64,000 nucleotides of DNA from Microthyrium microscopicum (lineage: Eukaryota), in NCBI GenBank assembly GCA_010405405.1, contig MU004238.1:631530-695529 (forward strand), in the 5' to 3' direction. Position 1 is the first letter of the stretch; the number at the start of each line of letters is the position of its first letter. The notes beneath the pieces were generated by a model. That model did no database searches. It was not told the origin of the DNA and saw only the letters and a list, made by a program, of their open reading frames with translations. Made by a program: the position numbers and the translations under genes. Positions 27,901 to 39,579 of this stretch are shown here, piece by piece.

Positions 27901-28059
27901 TTCTGTAATCGGAGCAGAATCAACCCACTAGCAGAATAGGGCATCGTTCAACTCTGGCTTTGATTCCTCCTCCACTACAGAACGCGGGGTTAGTTCTCGA
28001 CAAACTTGACCAACTAGCTTACATGTCAAAGCGACTGCCATCAGCTCTGGTACGAAGTA

Positions 28060-29590
28060 TCCAGAATCGATCTGCTTGACGATCATGCGAATCATTCTCA
28101 TGCGGATCATTCTTATGAACATGGTTCCAACAAGGAGGAGTTCTTTGACAAGGCCGAACGAACTTGGTGAATACCATCTATCTCTACCCACCGTTCTGAC
28201 GGCGAGCGAAGTCGATAACACGGGGACTTGAGGCTAGAAACAGGTATATGATACATTTGTCCTGATTTCAAGTTTTGCTAATGATTAAGAATTCCACTCT
28301 TTTCAACGACATGCCGACGCAGTGGCCAAACAAAAAACGCACGTACAGCAGCCAAGTAGGCTCAACAACAAAACGCATCTTGACATCTTTCCCTGTGGAA
28401 AGGACGCAGCGACATTCTCAGATGGTCATTTGATAATCTTAGGCATATCGTCCAACTGCTACCTGCCAGATGGACGTTGACAACGGGGCGAGACTGGAAG
28501 CAACAGACGCGATTCCAATCACCCAGACTCTCTTTATGCTCCGAAGTAATTGCCGAGAGCGTTCCCAAAGTTCCCGTCATGGCGTCAATCAAAATTCCAA
28601 GGAGCCGTGATAGTTGGAGTTGTGCATGTCGATCTTGATCGTGCTGTTAAGGGATCGCCATTCCGATATGCCTGGTGTCCCACATGCTGCCAATCACAAG
28701 GCTATCCGATTTCAAAGATGACCGTAAATTGAGGGTTTGACACTGTATAATGCACCACACCTTACGAATGACAATTCGACATTCGCGCCCTTCGTCCAAA
28801 TGGATGTGGCTGGCCGCGAATGTGCTCGTAAACACAAAGCACCACGATCGGTCGGATATGACAAGCGTCGCTGGACAGGTGAGACTGACGGATCGTTCCA
28901 GTATGAGCCGAAACGACGACGAAAGGGCAACACACTGCGACGAACAGCTTGCGACTTTACATGACCGTCTTTGGTACGCATGATTTGTGCCAAAGAAAAG
29001 ACAAGCTGCCTGGAGAATGCATGAAGTCCTGCGATGATCAAACCTTGCCATTGTTGCATACATTGATGAATTTCAGGTGACGCCGTGACGCCCTGCAACG
29101 AAAATAACGAGAGACTGCAAGAAAATGACTGTTGTTGCTGTGGCGAGACAAACGAGTTAACTCCAATAGAGGCGACAAGCATTTCCCCGGACAGTCATCC
29201 TACAGAACACGATCGGGGCTATCCTCGCGCTGTTTATCCCAAAGACCAAAACAAGCCTCAGCAACTGAGAGACGGCACAACATTATTAGGCCTCCACGAA
29301 GAAGGATCAAGAAGGTGCGGGAACTCAGTACCCGCCAATCGCAAGTGGAGAAAATGCAATCAAACAGTCCTTCAAGCAACGAAATCATGGGCTCATGTTT
29401 GGGACCAACTGTGGCACACGAATCGAGTCAAGGCTTGCGGAAGATTTTGAGCTATTCCCAAGAACGGGAGCTGGGCATGACTATGTAGCACCGATATGAT
29501 TCTTGAAGGAAACAATGAAGGACGCTGGTGTCCATGTTTGCAAAGGTGAAGAAGAGTCAATAGCAACTTGTGAACAAGGCTTTTGATCCA
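28060..29590 (+). pseudogene. Probable decayed spliced gene of unknown family
   Basis: Canonical intron at about 28244-28289 (GTATAT..GCTAAT..TAAG) joins protein-like frames broken by scattered TGA/TAA codons; no intact ORF. Confidence 0.35.
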
Positions 29591-30057
29591 CCATCCTTCA
29601 GGCCCAAGTATCTAGAAATGGAGAAGCGGGAATGCTGCATCCATACAGCGATTTGAAAGATGAAGAAACCCCAAAGGCATTTTTGTAAGTTGTATATAAT
29701 GGTCTCAGGAGCTATTCCAACAATCACACGTAGAAAATATCACTTTTAAACTCCATACTTTACAAAAGGGACAATGATAATTTAGGCTCAAAACCAACAT
29801 AAATTACGATCTTTACCTGGCCAGCCGTACCGTGGCCCTAGAATCAGATGAAGTGCTCAAACGTCGGAGGTGAAGGAGCTATGGTGGTTGGTTGACGGTG
29901 ACGGCGAACAACAGTGAGGTTGATTGGCTGGTAAAACGTCGTAGTGTAGCATAACATATTCACTGAGCGGAGATCCAGGGCCCTGGTCTTGTGTCATACG
30001 GTCGACAGCAACCTAGAATAACCCCTCAAGGAGAGCATCGAGCTATTTAAGAATCTG

Positions 30058-32272
30058 GGAATAAGAGTTATCTGAGCCGAAAACCTTATTCCGAAAATTC
30101 TATAAGTTACTCATCAATAGCGGTGATGTGGAGAGCGGGTGGTAGAGAAGCTTGCAGATTCAGGCACTATTCCAGCTTTGCTTAAGCGTGCCAATCCTTG
30201 AGCAAACTGTTGCAAAAGATAGGAATAAGAGTTATCTTATAAGAAGGCCATATTCCTAACTTTTCAGATCAAGCCATAAAAGATTGGTGGTGTGGCAAGT
30301 TGCGCAACTAAAGGGGGTTGAATCATCTATGACCCAGCAGAAAAATCATTTTCATCGCCCATCCTAGATCGATCAGTTTGAAAAGTTAGGAATAAGCCTT
30401 ATATGCTGAAAGAAGCTTATTCCGAACTTTTCAAACTAATTGATAGAGCTTTGATGTTCATCTTCCTACCCCTATTCACCCCCTTTTCGAACAACAACAA
30501 ACCTTAGCACAGCCATCTAATGTCTGACGGCCTTGAAAAGTTCGGAATAAGCTTGAATCTGGATCAAAGGCTTATTCCTATCTTTTTATAGCGTTTGGTC
30601 AAGAACTGACCATTTTATAATAACTTAGCAACGGTAAGTCGTAGAGGTCTAAAAGAGTAGGAATAAGCGTCTAAGGTTAATAAAAGCTTATTCCTATGTT
30701 TTTATATTGTTTACTCAAGAACTGAAGGTTTTACTGTAACTCAAAAACGGTTGGTCTTAGAGCTTCAAAAACATAGGAATAAGCTTTATTGAGCCTTAGA
30801 AGCTTATTCCTAAGTTTTTATAACGTATACTTAAAAACTGACCCTTTTAGAATAAGTCAACAACGGTACGTCCTAGAGCTCTATAAAACTAGGAATAAGC
30901 TTTATTAAGCCTTAGAAGCTTATTCCTAAGTTTTTATAACGTATACTTAAGAACTAACAGTTTTAGAATAAGTCAACAACGGTACGTCCTAAAGTACTAT
31001 AAAATTAGGAATAAGCTTCAAGCTAGCGTAAAAACTTATTCCTACGTTTTTAGACCTTATTGTCAAGAAATGACCTTTTTAGAACAAGTCAAGAACTGTA
31101 AGTAGTAGAGCTTTAAGAAGCTAGGAATAAGTATTATTTAATGCTCAAAGCTTATTCCTATATTTTTAGAGCGTGCAGCCAACGATTAACGCTCTTACAG
31201 GGGTAGTCAAGAACTATAAAGCCATTAGTACTAAAGTATATTCTCTATAAACATAGGAATAAGCTTTTCTAAGCTATTCAAGCTTATTCCTAAGTTTTTG
31301 AAGCGTGCAGCCAAGAACTAACGACGTTGTAGGGGTAGTTAGCGATTTGTTAGTTATACTAAATAAAGTTATATAAAGGATTACTACTAGATTTATATTC
31401 TTTAAAAAGATAGGAATATAAGCTTTTCTATGTAATTATAGCTTATTCCTATTTTTTTTTAGATCTATTAAGCTTAGATTAAGTAAGTTATTATATTTTA
31501 AGCTATAGTATATCTATAGATCTATAAAAGTAGGAATAAGCTTTTCTATCCCCTAGAAGCTTATTCCTAAATTTATAGATTTATATCTCTTAAATTAGGC
31601 AAGTTTTTATATCTTAAGCTATAGTTTATCTATAGATCTATAAAAGTAGGAATAAGCTTTTCTATCCCCTAGAAGCTTATTCCTAACTTAGTCGATTTAT
31701 ATCTCTAAGATTAAGTAAGTTATTTTATCTTAAGCTGCAGTATATCTATAGATCTATAAAATTAGGAATAAGCTTTTCTATCCCCTAGAAGCTTATTCCT
31801 AAATTTATAGATTTCTATCTCTAAAATTGAGCAAGTTTTTATATCTTAAGCTATAGTATATCTATATATCTATAAAATTAGGAATAAGCTTTTCTATTCT
31901 ATAAAAGCTTATTCTTAACTTTATAGATTTATATCCCTAAAAATAAGGAAGTTATTATATCTCAAGCTATAGTATATATAGAGATTTAAAAAACTAGGAA
32001 TAAGCTTTTCTATTCTATAAAAGCTTATTCCTATCTTTATAGACTTATAAGTCTAGGATTGAGCAAGTTATTATATCTTATGCTATGGTATACAGAGAGA
32101 TCTAAGAAAGTAGGAATAAGCTTCTATAGAAAAGAAAAGCTTATTCCTATCTTCTTGGATCTATTAACCTAAGATTGAGCGACTTATTGTATCTTAGGCT
32201 ATGGTACGTATATAGCTCTAAAAAGATAGGAATAAGCTTCTTCATGATAGAAAAGCTTATTCCTATCTTTTC
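30058..32272. repeat. Array of 18 palindromic dyads GGAATAAG-N19-CTTATTCC, mostly on a 116-bp period
   Basis: Left half-sites at 30058, 30222, 30389, 30544, 30660, 30776, 30892, 31008, 31124, 31256, 31413, 31533, 31649, 31765, 31881, 31997, 32113, 32229; no ORF; AT-rich core. Confidence 0.97.
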
Positions 32273-34849
32273 AAGGCAAACGAAATAATGTTGAGTTATC
32301 TATGCTTTGGAGATCTTAGAAAGTGGGCTCTTGATCAGGCTGACTTTGATGTTCTTTGCCAAGACTTACAACAGCCAATCAAAAGCAACGATTTTCAGTC
32401 TATGGATGATGGGCTTGGCAGCGGATTACATCAGCAGAGGGGTATTCAGCATCGTTTCTGCAACATCTTTTATCAATAAGACAAGCGTTATCAACACCAT
32501 CGATACTCTGTCTGTTCGTCGAGGGGCCAACTTCGAAAAGTGATGGGCGCTGATCCTCCCCTACCTATGTATCCTAATTCCTACGAAGACTCACAATCAT
32601 GGCTAGAATAGCGTACACTTCAGCTGTGCAAAGGGCTGGCTGTATTATCAATTTCGCGTTCCAGATACTATATTTTTGAGGATATTTAGGTTGTGATTGG
32701 TTGAATTTCATGAAAACCAATACGGAGGGTGGGGTGTGTCTCAGTGACCATCACTTTTCGAATCAGGGTATACACTGGCGTTTCCTCAGAGATCAGCATA
32801 CTTATCTTCCAATCGATCGCTGAAAGTTCGATAGTGAAAGGCCGAAGGGAGCGAGCGGGATGAGAACTCGTGCCGTGTGAGCCCATCTAGGAAGGTCGGT
32901 GATTTTATCTTGAACGCTTGAGACTTTGGATTCTAGCCTGTTCTATATCTTGATACGAGATAACACACAATGCATTCTTGGGGTACTAGGCGCATCATGT
33001 ACGGGGTCTAGTATCAAAGCACAAGCTATGGCAAATGATATATATTGCTTTTCTCTTCAGACTGCCGCTTTGAGAATCACGAAATCGCAATCAAGGGGCA
33101 TGGACTATGTTTAGATCTCTTATATGAGAGTTTTGCGGGGAAACTCTAATCAAATATACAACAACGTCTGGTCGAACGCTGATCGTTTGCGGTTTGGTAG
33201 GTAGATCTTGGAAAGCGTTTGTTCGTTCCAGTCTCTGGTCGAAATGATTCAACTTTGTAGCGACAAGAGGCTAACAAAGTCTGTCGACGCCATTGTTCAC
33301 GGAGAATTGGGCATTCGTGCTTCCGAACTACCACATATTAAGGTTCCGACAAGTTGATAACAAAGAGCACTAAGATTGGCTTCTGAGTTGGCTTCGCATG
33401 CTGGACGACCAGAGCAGAAAGATACTGTGTGTCAATCAATGTGACGAACAACACACAATCACTGTCTGTAGCGATTTGCGGTGGAATGTATCTTGACGAA
33501 GAGACGCTTTGCCTAAGGAGACGATGATCGCTAGGCCATGTACCAGTAGTATCTTTCTCAGTATCCTGGCTTGCCTGGTCCATGTCATGTACACATTGGG
33601 CCAGGATCTTTTGCCTAGACGCTGTCAAGAAGCGTATGGATTCGCGATTGGCGGGAGTATACCTGTTTACGTTTCCCGATTTAGCGCTGTCAATATATAT
33701 CTACCAGTCTTGCTCTGTCGCTTAGTGCAATTGGGGAGAAATCGCAGGCTCGAACCCTATATAGAATGATTTATAGTACAAGTGCTGGTCTATGATCAGC
33801 ATCTAGGGCACTAGCACTCGATATAAAATTACAAACTGGTATAAAGAAACCTTCTCAGACGTTTGTCCAATACTGGAGTGTTCAGTCTGGGGGTCCAGAA
33901 CTTGGGGCGCATGGATCTTGCTCACTGCTGGTTCATCCAGGTACCCGGATTGATAAGGAGCCAAGATTGTTTAAGCTTTGCATTGGGGCATTTCCAGTCA
34001 CGACTAGGCAAGTAGCAGTCGAAGGCATTGAATGAATGGAGACATTTCGACTCATTGGCACACTAAGATGAAGAGCCGAGACTTGATATCCTATCGTATA
34101 GACTTGAGGCGACTACATTGATTGGGCGCAAAGTAATGCTCAGTTGTACATTGGTTGGTCGCAAGATGAACTGGAAAAGCGCAATCTCAAGAAAGTGAAG
34201 AGTTAGATTGTCGAATCTAAAAGCAGACACAGAACCAGAGACGAAAGATCGACAAGTTTGCCAAAGAGGCATACAAGAACCGATAGATTATATTTTCGAT
34301 AGCCGGGAACTGCTGAAGAGCAAACGTGGATTATTGGGCGTAAGTAAAATTGTAAAGCGATCGATCTTCTCTTTCAAGATGTGACTACTATATATATTAC
34401 GGAATACGGCAACTCGCCTTTCGGAGACGCCCACCTAGACTGTGAGCCACTCGTTAAAGGTTGGGAGTTATCTGGAAACACTATATAGGTACATGGATTA
34501 GGGGTCTTGTGATTTTATAGACTAGCCCTGTCAACCAGACTTTTCGGTTGAACAATATAAAGTGCTTATATTACCAAGGCTTCCAGTCCACTGACCACAG
34601 CTTTTTCATGTGGATCTACCGTTCACAGCAGGGGATGAGTTTGGTTTATAAATAAGGCATTTCGAGATGGCACAACACCTTTAGTACTATTAATGTAAGG
34701 CACTCCCCATATTTCGTTGACGGCGCTTTGATTCCTGAAATCCGTGCTCTTGTTTTTACTACTCTATCACTGCTTGGTTGAGTGAGGAGTTAGACATTCC
34801 TTTGAACCACACTCACTTGAATTTAGATCCCACACGGGGTCGTCCTATC

Positions 34850-37001
34850 ATGATGTCGCGTTGGCTGTTCTTCTTCTTTGCACTTGTTGCATTTGTGTAA
34901 GTTGTCACTCTATAGCAATAGAAGCAAATATCTGATACTGGTATAGACAACTTGCAGTCACGGAAGAAAACGCGTTACAATCGTCGAATTCAACTTTTGC
35001 GCTGAACGCAACTCTGGTGGACAATACAGCATCCTCTGAGGAAGCGTTATCATCAGAGGAAGCGATTACCGGAGATCTAACAGCAGAAGCAGATGGCGCT
35101 GCAGCACCGCCTCCTCGAGGTGGTGGAGGAGGATCGCGTGGCTCTTCTGGCGGAGCATCTCATAGCTCTGGCGGAGGAGGTCGTGCTGGTGGAGCCACTG
35201 GCGACCGAGGTAGCCGTTCTTCCAACTCAGGAGCTCGTTCAGGAGGTAAGATCAACCCGTGATACTGCACATTACGAATTATTTCCTTGAAAAACCTCTA
35301 ACCAGAGGTTCGTTTCTGCTTTCCAGGGTCTCAAGGTCATCGCGAATCTTCTGGACCATCTCATCGTGAATCCTCTGGATCAACTCATCGTGACAGTCCA
35401 GCCCCTCAGCACCATGAGTCTGCGGCACCTCAACATCATGAGTCTACGGGAGCTGGTCATGGTGAAATTGCTGGGCAAGGCCATCGGGCAGCTCCTGGAC
35501 AAGGAAACCGTGAAAACTCGGGCATAGGACGCGCGCCAACTGCAAATCATCGACCTGAAGGCGACCGAGGTGAGGTTACCCGGCGGCTCCTGAGGACTGC
35601 TTCATCTTGGACCATTAACACTCCATCATATCGTTCTAAAGAGCCGTAGCTGACTTATTTCCTGCGTTAGGTATTGGAAGCCGTCCCGCAGAAAACCACG
35701 GAAATGGGTTCGGTAGTCGTCCAAGTGAAAGCCGTCCTCAAGGTAATGGAATTGGCAGCCGGCCAAGTGAGAGCCGCCCTCAGGGCAACAACAACGGAAT
35801 TGGCAGTCGTCCAAACGAGAGCCGCCCTCAGGGTAACAACAACGGGATTGGCAGTCGTCCAAACGAGAGCCGCCCTCAGGGCAATAACAACGGCATTGGA
35901 AATCGACCAGCAGAGAACCGAGGCGGTGAGCAACCTCGCGGAAGCGGATCCCGTCCACTTGAAAATAACAGACCCGGCGAAGGAGCACGTCCAGGAAGTG
36001 GCTACAATCCAGGCTCACGCCCAACTGTACGTCTCAGTCCATCATACAAACTCTTGAATTGCTGACGTGAACTAGGTGACTTCATTCCGAGGAGGCAGCC
36101 AACCTACTGGCAATTTTGGAGGAAACCAAGGACCCGGGAATTTTGGAGGGAATCAAGGACCCGGAAATTTTGGAGGAAACCAAGGACCTCGCCCAACAAA
36201 CAATCCCCAATGGGGCTCAGGATCCCGTGGAGGAGATAACGGTAACAGACCAGGGTGGGAAGGTAGACCTAACGGCCAACAACAGCCTCCACCACAAGGC
36301 TACCAGTCCGATGGATGGGGTCGCAATCGTCCAAACTGGCGCGACGGTAACCAATACCGTGGAAATCGCCCAGGCTGGAATTACCCGGATAGACCAGGTG
36401 AATGGAAGCGTAAGTTTGTTCCCCATCTCCTCCCGTCCCCGGCTAACATACATTAGACGAATGGGGTCAACGGCCAGAATGGCGGCCATATGGCAACGAC
36501 TGGGACAGGCCAGGCTATAATGGCTATCGTCCCTGGGGCGATGCACCATACGGCGGTATTCCATGGCCAACAGTAACTCTACAAGGCCCAATTCCCCCAA
36601 TCCCAACATGGTACGACAACAATTGGCAGCCCCGCGCACCGCGTACCGTCTACAACACCTGGGACACCGGCTATTACGGCGACAACTTCCAGCCACCGTG
36701 GGCCAACCTCCCAGCACCCCAACTACCGCCCATCACAATCCAACTACCCAGCCCACCGCAAGCCGGCTGCCAAGTAGGCGTAACCTCCTTCCCAACAGTG
36801 ATCACAACGGATGCGACGTATACAGATACGATAACGCAGCCGCCGAACGATGCGGTAATCACGGTGTGGATTGATCGGGATAATGGACAGACGTCGACGG
36901 ATTGGGGTCCAGTGGAGACTGTGTATGAGGTGTTTGTGTATACGACGGTGGCAACGGTGGAGGTTGTCAGTACGACGACGCTTTGCTATGTTAATAAGTG
37001 A
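34850..37001 (+). CDS. Secreted low-complexity repeat protein; 6 exons
   Basis: MMSRWLFFFFALVAFVQLA signal peptide; manual splicing keeps one open frame through Gly/Ser, HRESSG, GIGSRPNESRPQGNNN, GNFGGNQGP, W/R/P-rich and Thr/Val-rich segments. Confidence 0.8.
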
Positions 37002-37131
37002 GGCGGTCTTTGAAATGTTAGGTTGGACCGTAGCTAGCCATGTGTAATAGTCTCAATCTAACCTGATATTGCCGGTCATTCCTTGTATGTGAAGCGAAAC
37101 GTACTCATATGCTTTGAGATACCATGGAATT

Positions 37132-37290
37132 GACGAAATAAATGGCGGGCTCCCATCGAGTGCTTCATTTGCCCTCCAATGCGTGCTATCGCTGATTTCC
37201 CGTCGAATGCGTTGGTTGTTACAGCATCAAATTGTGATAGACTGCGATGGGAGACACTATAGTTGATCCGAGCGCGCCATTTATTTCGTC
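37132..37290. repeat. Imperfect long inverted repeat (hairpin or MITE-like)
   Basis: Outer arms GACGAAATAAATGGCGGGCTC and GAGCGCGCCATTTATTTCGTC pair at 20/21 positions; weaker inner pairing. Confidence 0.8.
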
Positions 37291-37511
37291 GACTGCTTGA
37301 AGCTCAGTACCAAGAGAACCATACTCCTAGCTCTTGTGTTCGTAAGATCGTAGATCATCCGCCTGGAAAATTCATCAGCTGGTCTTTTGATAAGTCGTGA
37401 ATCAGTATTGAAGGCAAGATCAGGTTGATAGCATCAAATATCCTCTTCCCAATGCATTACAATTGCACGTAATATATACAAACAAGCTCTCTGTCAAATT
37501 CAACTTCCGGT

Positions 37512-38043
37512 CTATTTTGTCACCTCTTCTGGCGTAACCGCATATCTCGGTCTCACGAATCTGTTCTCAGGTTAGCGTTTCATACCACAACAACATAGCC
37601 GAGAACCCATATCGCTCCCATCGGACCACCGTCAAGACAAACATACCGATCACTATGATAGACCTTCGTCTGCGTCCCCAACAGCTCCTTCTCCCTTGCC
37701 TGGTCCGCCCAATATCTTCTCACCAAATCACGATCTTCCTCCGCTTGTAGTAACGCCGTAAGATGGATTCGAGCCCATGCCTTTTCTCTTGATAATTCGC
37801 TAAAGAACCCATATTAGCAACTGTCCATCCATTTCTCTAACCAATAACTCCTTCTCAGCAACTGGGTTGAAGATTCGAGACGTACTTGAGCTCATCCACA
37901 CCCTTTCCATACCGCCAGAAACCAAAGCCCATTACACCAGCCATTATAAGTAAATATGTCGACGGCCGGAATCCTCGTGCGGGGAGATTGCGTTTGTATT
38001 GGACTGGGCGATAGCCGCCGGCGGGCGGCATGTCTTGAGGCAT
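37512..38043 (-). CDS. NDUFA13: Complex I subunit NDUFA13/GRIM-19; 3 exons
   Basis: MPQDMPPAGGYRPVQYKRNLPARGF..., REKAWARIHLTALLQAEEDRD, VYHSDRFVRP. Confidence 0.95.
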
Positions 38044-38218
38044 GGCGGGCGAGGGTGGGTCGTATCGAGATAAGTGGTGAGAGATTTAGCCCGAAGGCGG
38101 TGGCTAGAGGGCGATTGATACTGGAGAGGATCGATTGAGGTTGAAGCGGAGAGTGTGGAGTGGAGATTGTAGTGGGTTCTTGGAGTTTAGATGGGTTGAA
38201 GTTGAAGCTCCAGAAAAC

Positions 38219-38246
38219 ATCACGTGACACAATTTTTTTCATTTCG
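38219..38246. promoter_or_regulatory. Cbf1-type E-box and RRPE-like motif in the NDUFA13/TRM10 bidirectional promoter
   Basis: ATCACGTGAC followed by AATTTTTTTCA (reverse complement TGAAAAAAATT). Confidence 0.45.
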
Positions 38247-38316
38247 AGGTTTTGCGACTTGGCTTTTTCTCTGCTAACATTCACAATACTACGATATTGA
38301 GATACTAGTGGGAGAG

Positions 38317-39579
38317 ATGGATGATACTGATCACTCTGAAAGGCCGACCAAAATTCGCAAAACGTCGCACTCGCCAGCACCCATGGCTTCGAATATCACT
38401 TCAGCGGATAATTCATCGTCCAAGGTGGGAGGTGGCGCGGACACTGCACAACTTCCGGATATTAATTCATTGCTACCTGCAGAAGCATGTAAATCCGAGG
38501 AGGTTGCTTCGCGTGAACAAGAACAAGGCCAGGCAAAAATAGAGGATGGCGACAATCAAAATGCTAGTACGGAACCACCAACCATGTCCAAGAACGCTCA
38601 AAAAAAGCTTCGCAAGAAACAAGAGTGGGAAGCCGGTCGCGGAGAACGAGCCATCAAGCGCAAAGAAAAGCGCATTATCATGCGAGAGAAGAAGAGAGAA
38701 GAAATCAAAGCGAATCCAGCCCTTGCGCCAGTCAAGAAAGCCAAGCTGATCCAAACACCCGTCGCGATGACATTCATCATTGATTGCGCTTTCGATGAAC
38801 TCATGTTCGATAATGAAGTTGTTAGCTTGGGATCTCAAATCACGACTTGCTATAATAGAGTCAAGCACTGCAAGCTACGGCCTATATTGGCGGTGTCGTC
38901 TTTTGGCGGACGACTTCAGGAGCGATTTGATGTACTTCTGAAGAAGCAGTATCAGCATTGGAGGGGTGTTCACTTCTTGACCGACGATGTCAAGGATGTT
39001 GCTAAGAAGGCGGAAGAGTGGATGAAAGATACTGTCCATGAGTCTGGTGGTGTCATTGAAGCAAGTGCTGCAGATATGGAAGCACCAGAGGAAGAAGACA
39101 AACGAAAAGGCTGGGAAAGCGCAAAGATGATATATTTAAGCGCGGATTCGTCAAACGTTCTGACAACGTTATCACCAAACACTTGTTACGTTGTTGGAGG
39201 GCTGATTGATCGCAATCGACACAAAGGCCATTGCTTCAAGAGAGCGCGGACGGCGGGTATCACCACGGCGAGGCTGCCGATTGGAGAGTATATTCAATTG
39301 TCGAGCCGGAAAGTATTGACTACGAACCACGTAGTTGAGATTATGCTACGATACTTGGAGAACCGGGATTGGGCGAAAAGCTTCTTGGATGTGATACCGG
39401 CACGGAAAGGCGTAGCATTGAAGGGCGGAGTCAAGGCAACAGGAAGCGGTGATGATCAGGAGGCTGAAAATGATGACGAATGCGAAGGCGAAGAGATGGA
39501 AGAATTAGAGGGCGAGGACATAGGAAAGCGGGAAGATGAAGAAGGGAAAAAACAAGAGGAGTTGAACGTAGAAGTATGA
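38317..39579 (+). CDS. TRM10: tRNA (guanine-9-N1)-methyltransferase
   Basis: MSKNAQKK, IDCAFDELM, IYLSADS, YVVGGLIDRNRHKG, ARLPIGEYI, VLTTNHV. Confidence 0.95.
   Translation: MDDTDHSERPTKIRKTSHSPAPMASNITSADNSSSKVGGGADTAQLPDINSLLPAEACKSEEVASREQEQGQAKIEDGDNQNASTEPPTMSKNAQKKLRKKQEWEAGRGERAIKRKEKRIIMREKKREEIKANPALAPVKKAKLIQTPVAMTFIIDCAFDELMFDNEVVSLGSQITTCYNRVKHCKLRPILAVSSFGGRLQERFDVLLKKQYQHWRGVHFLTDDVKDVAKKAEEWMKDTVHESGGVIEASAADMEAPEEEDKRKGWESAKMIYLSADSSNVLTTLSPNTCYVVGGLIDRNRHKGHCFKRARTAGITTARLPIGEYIQLSSRKVLTTNHVVEIMLRYLENRDWAKSFLDVIPARKGVALKGGVKATGSGDDQEAENDDECEGEEMEELEGEDIGKREDEEGKKQEELNVEV

Noticed and set aside
30058..32272. CRISPR array interpretation of the dyad array
   Set aside because: Fungal nuclear context, no cas genes, and most linkers are diverged copies of each other rather than unique spacers.
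30544..32272. Dyads as true FRT sites or the units as 5S rDNA
   Set aside because: Only TTCCTA/TAGGAA is shared with FRT and the arm orientation is opposite; the units have no resemblance to 5S rRNA despite a similar length.
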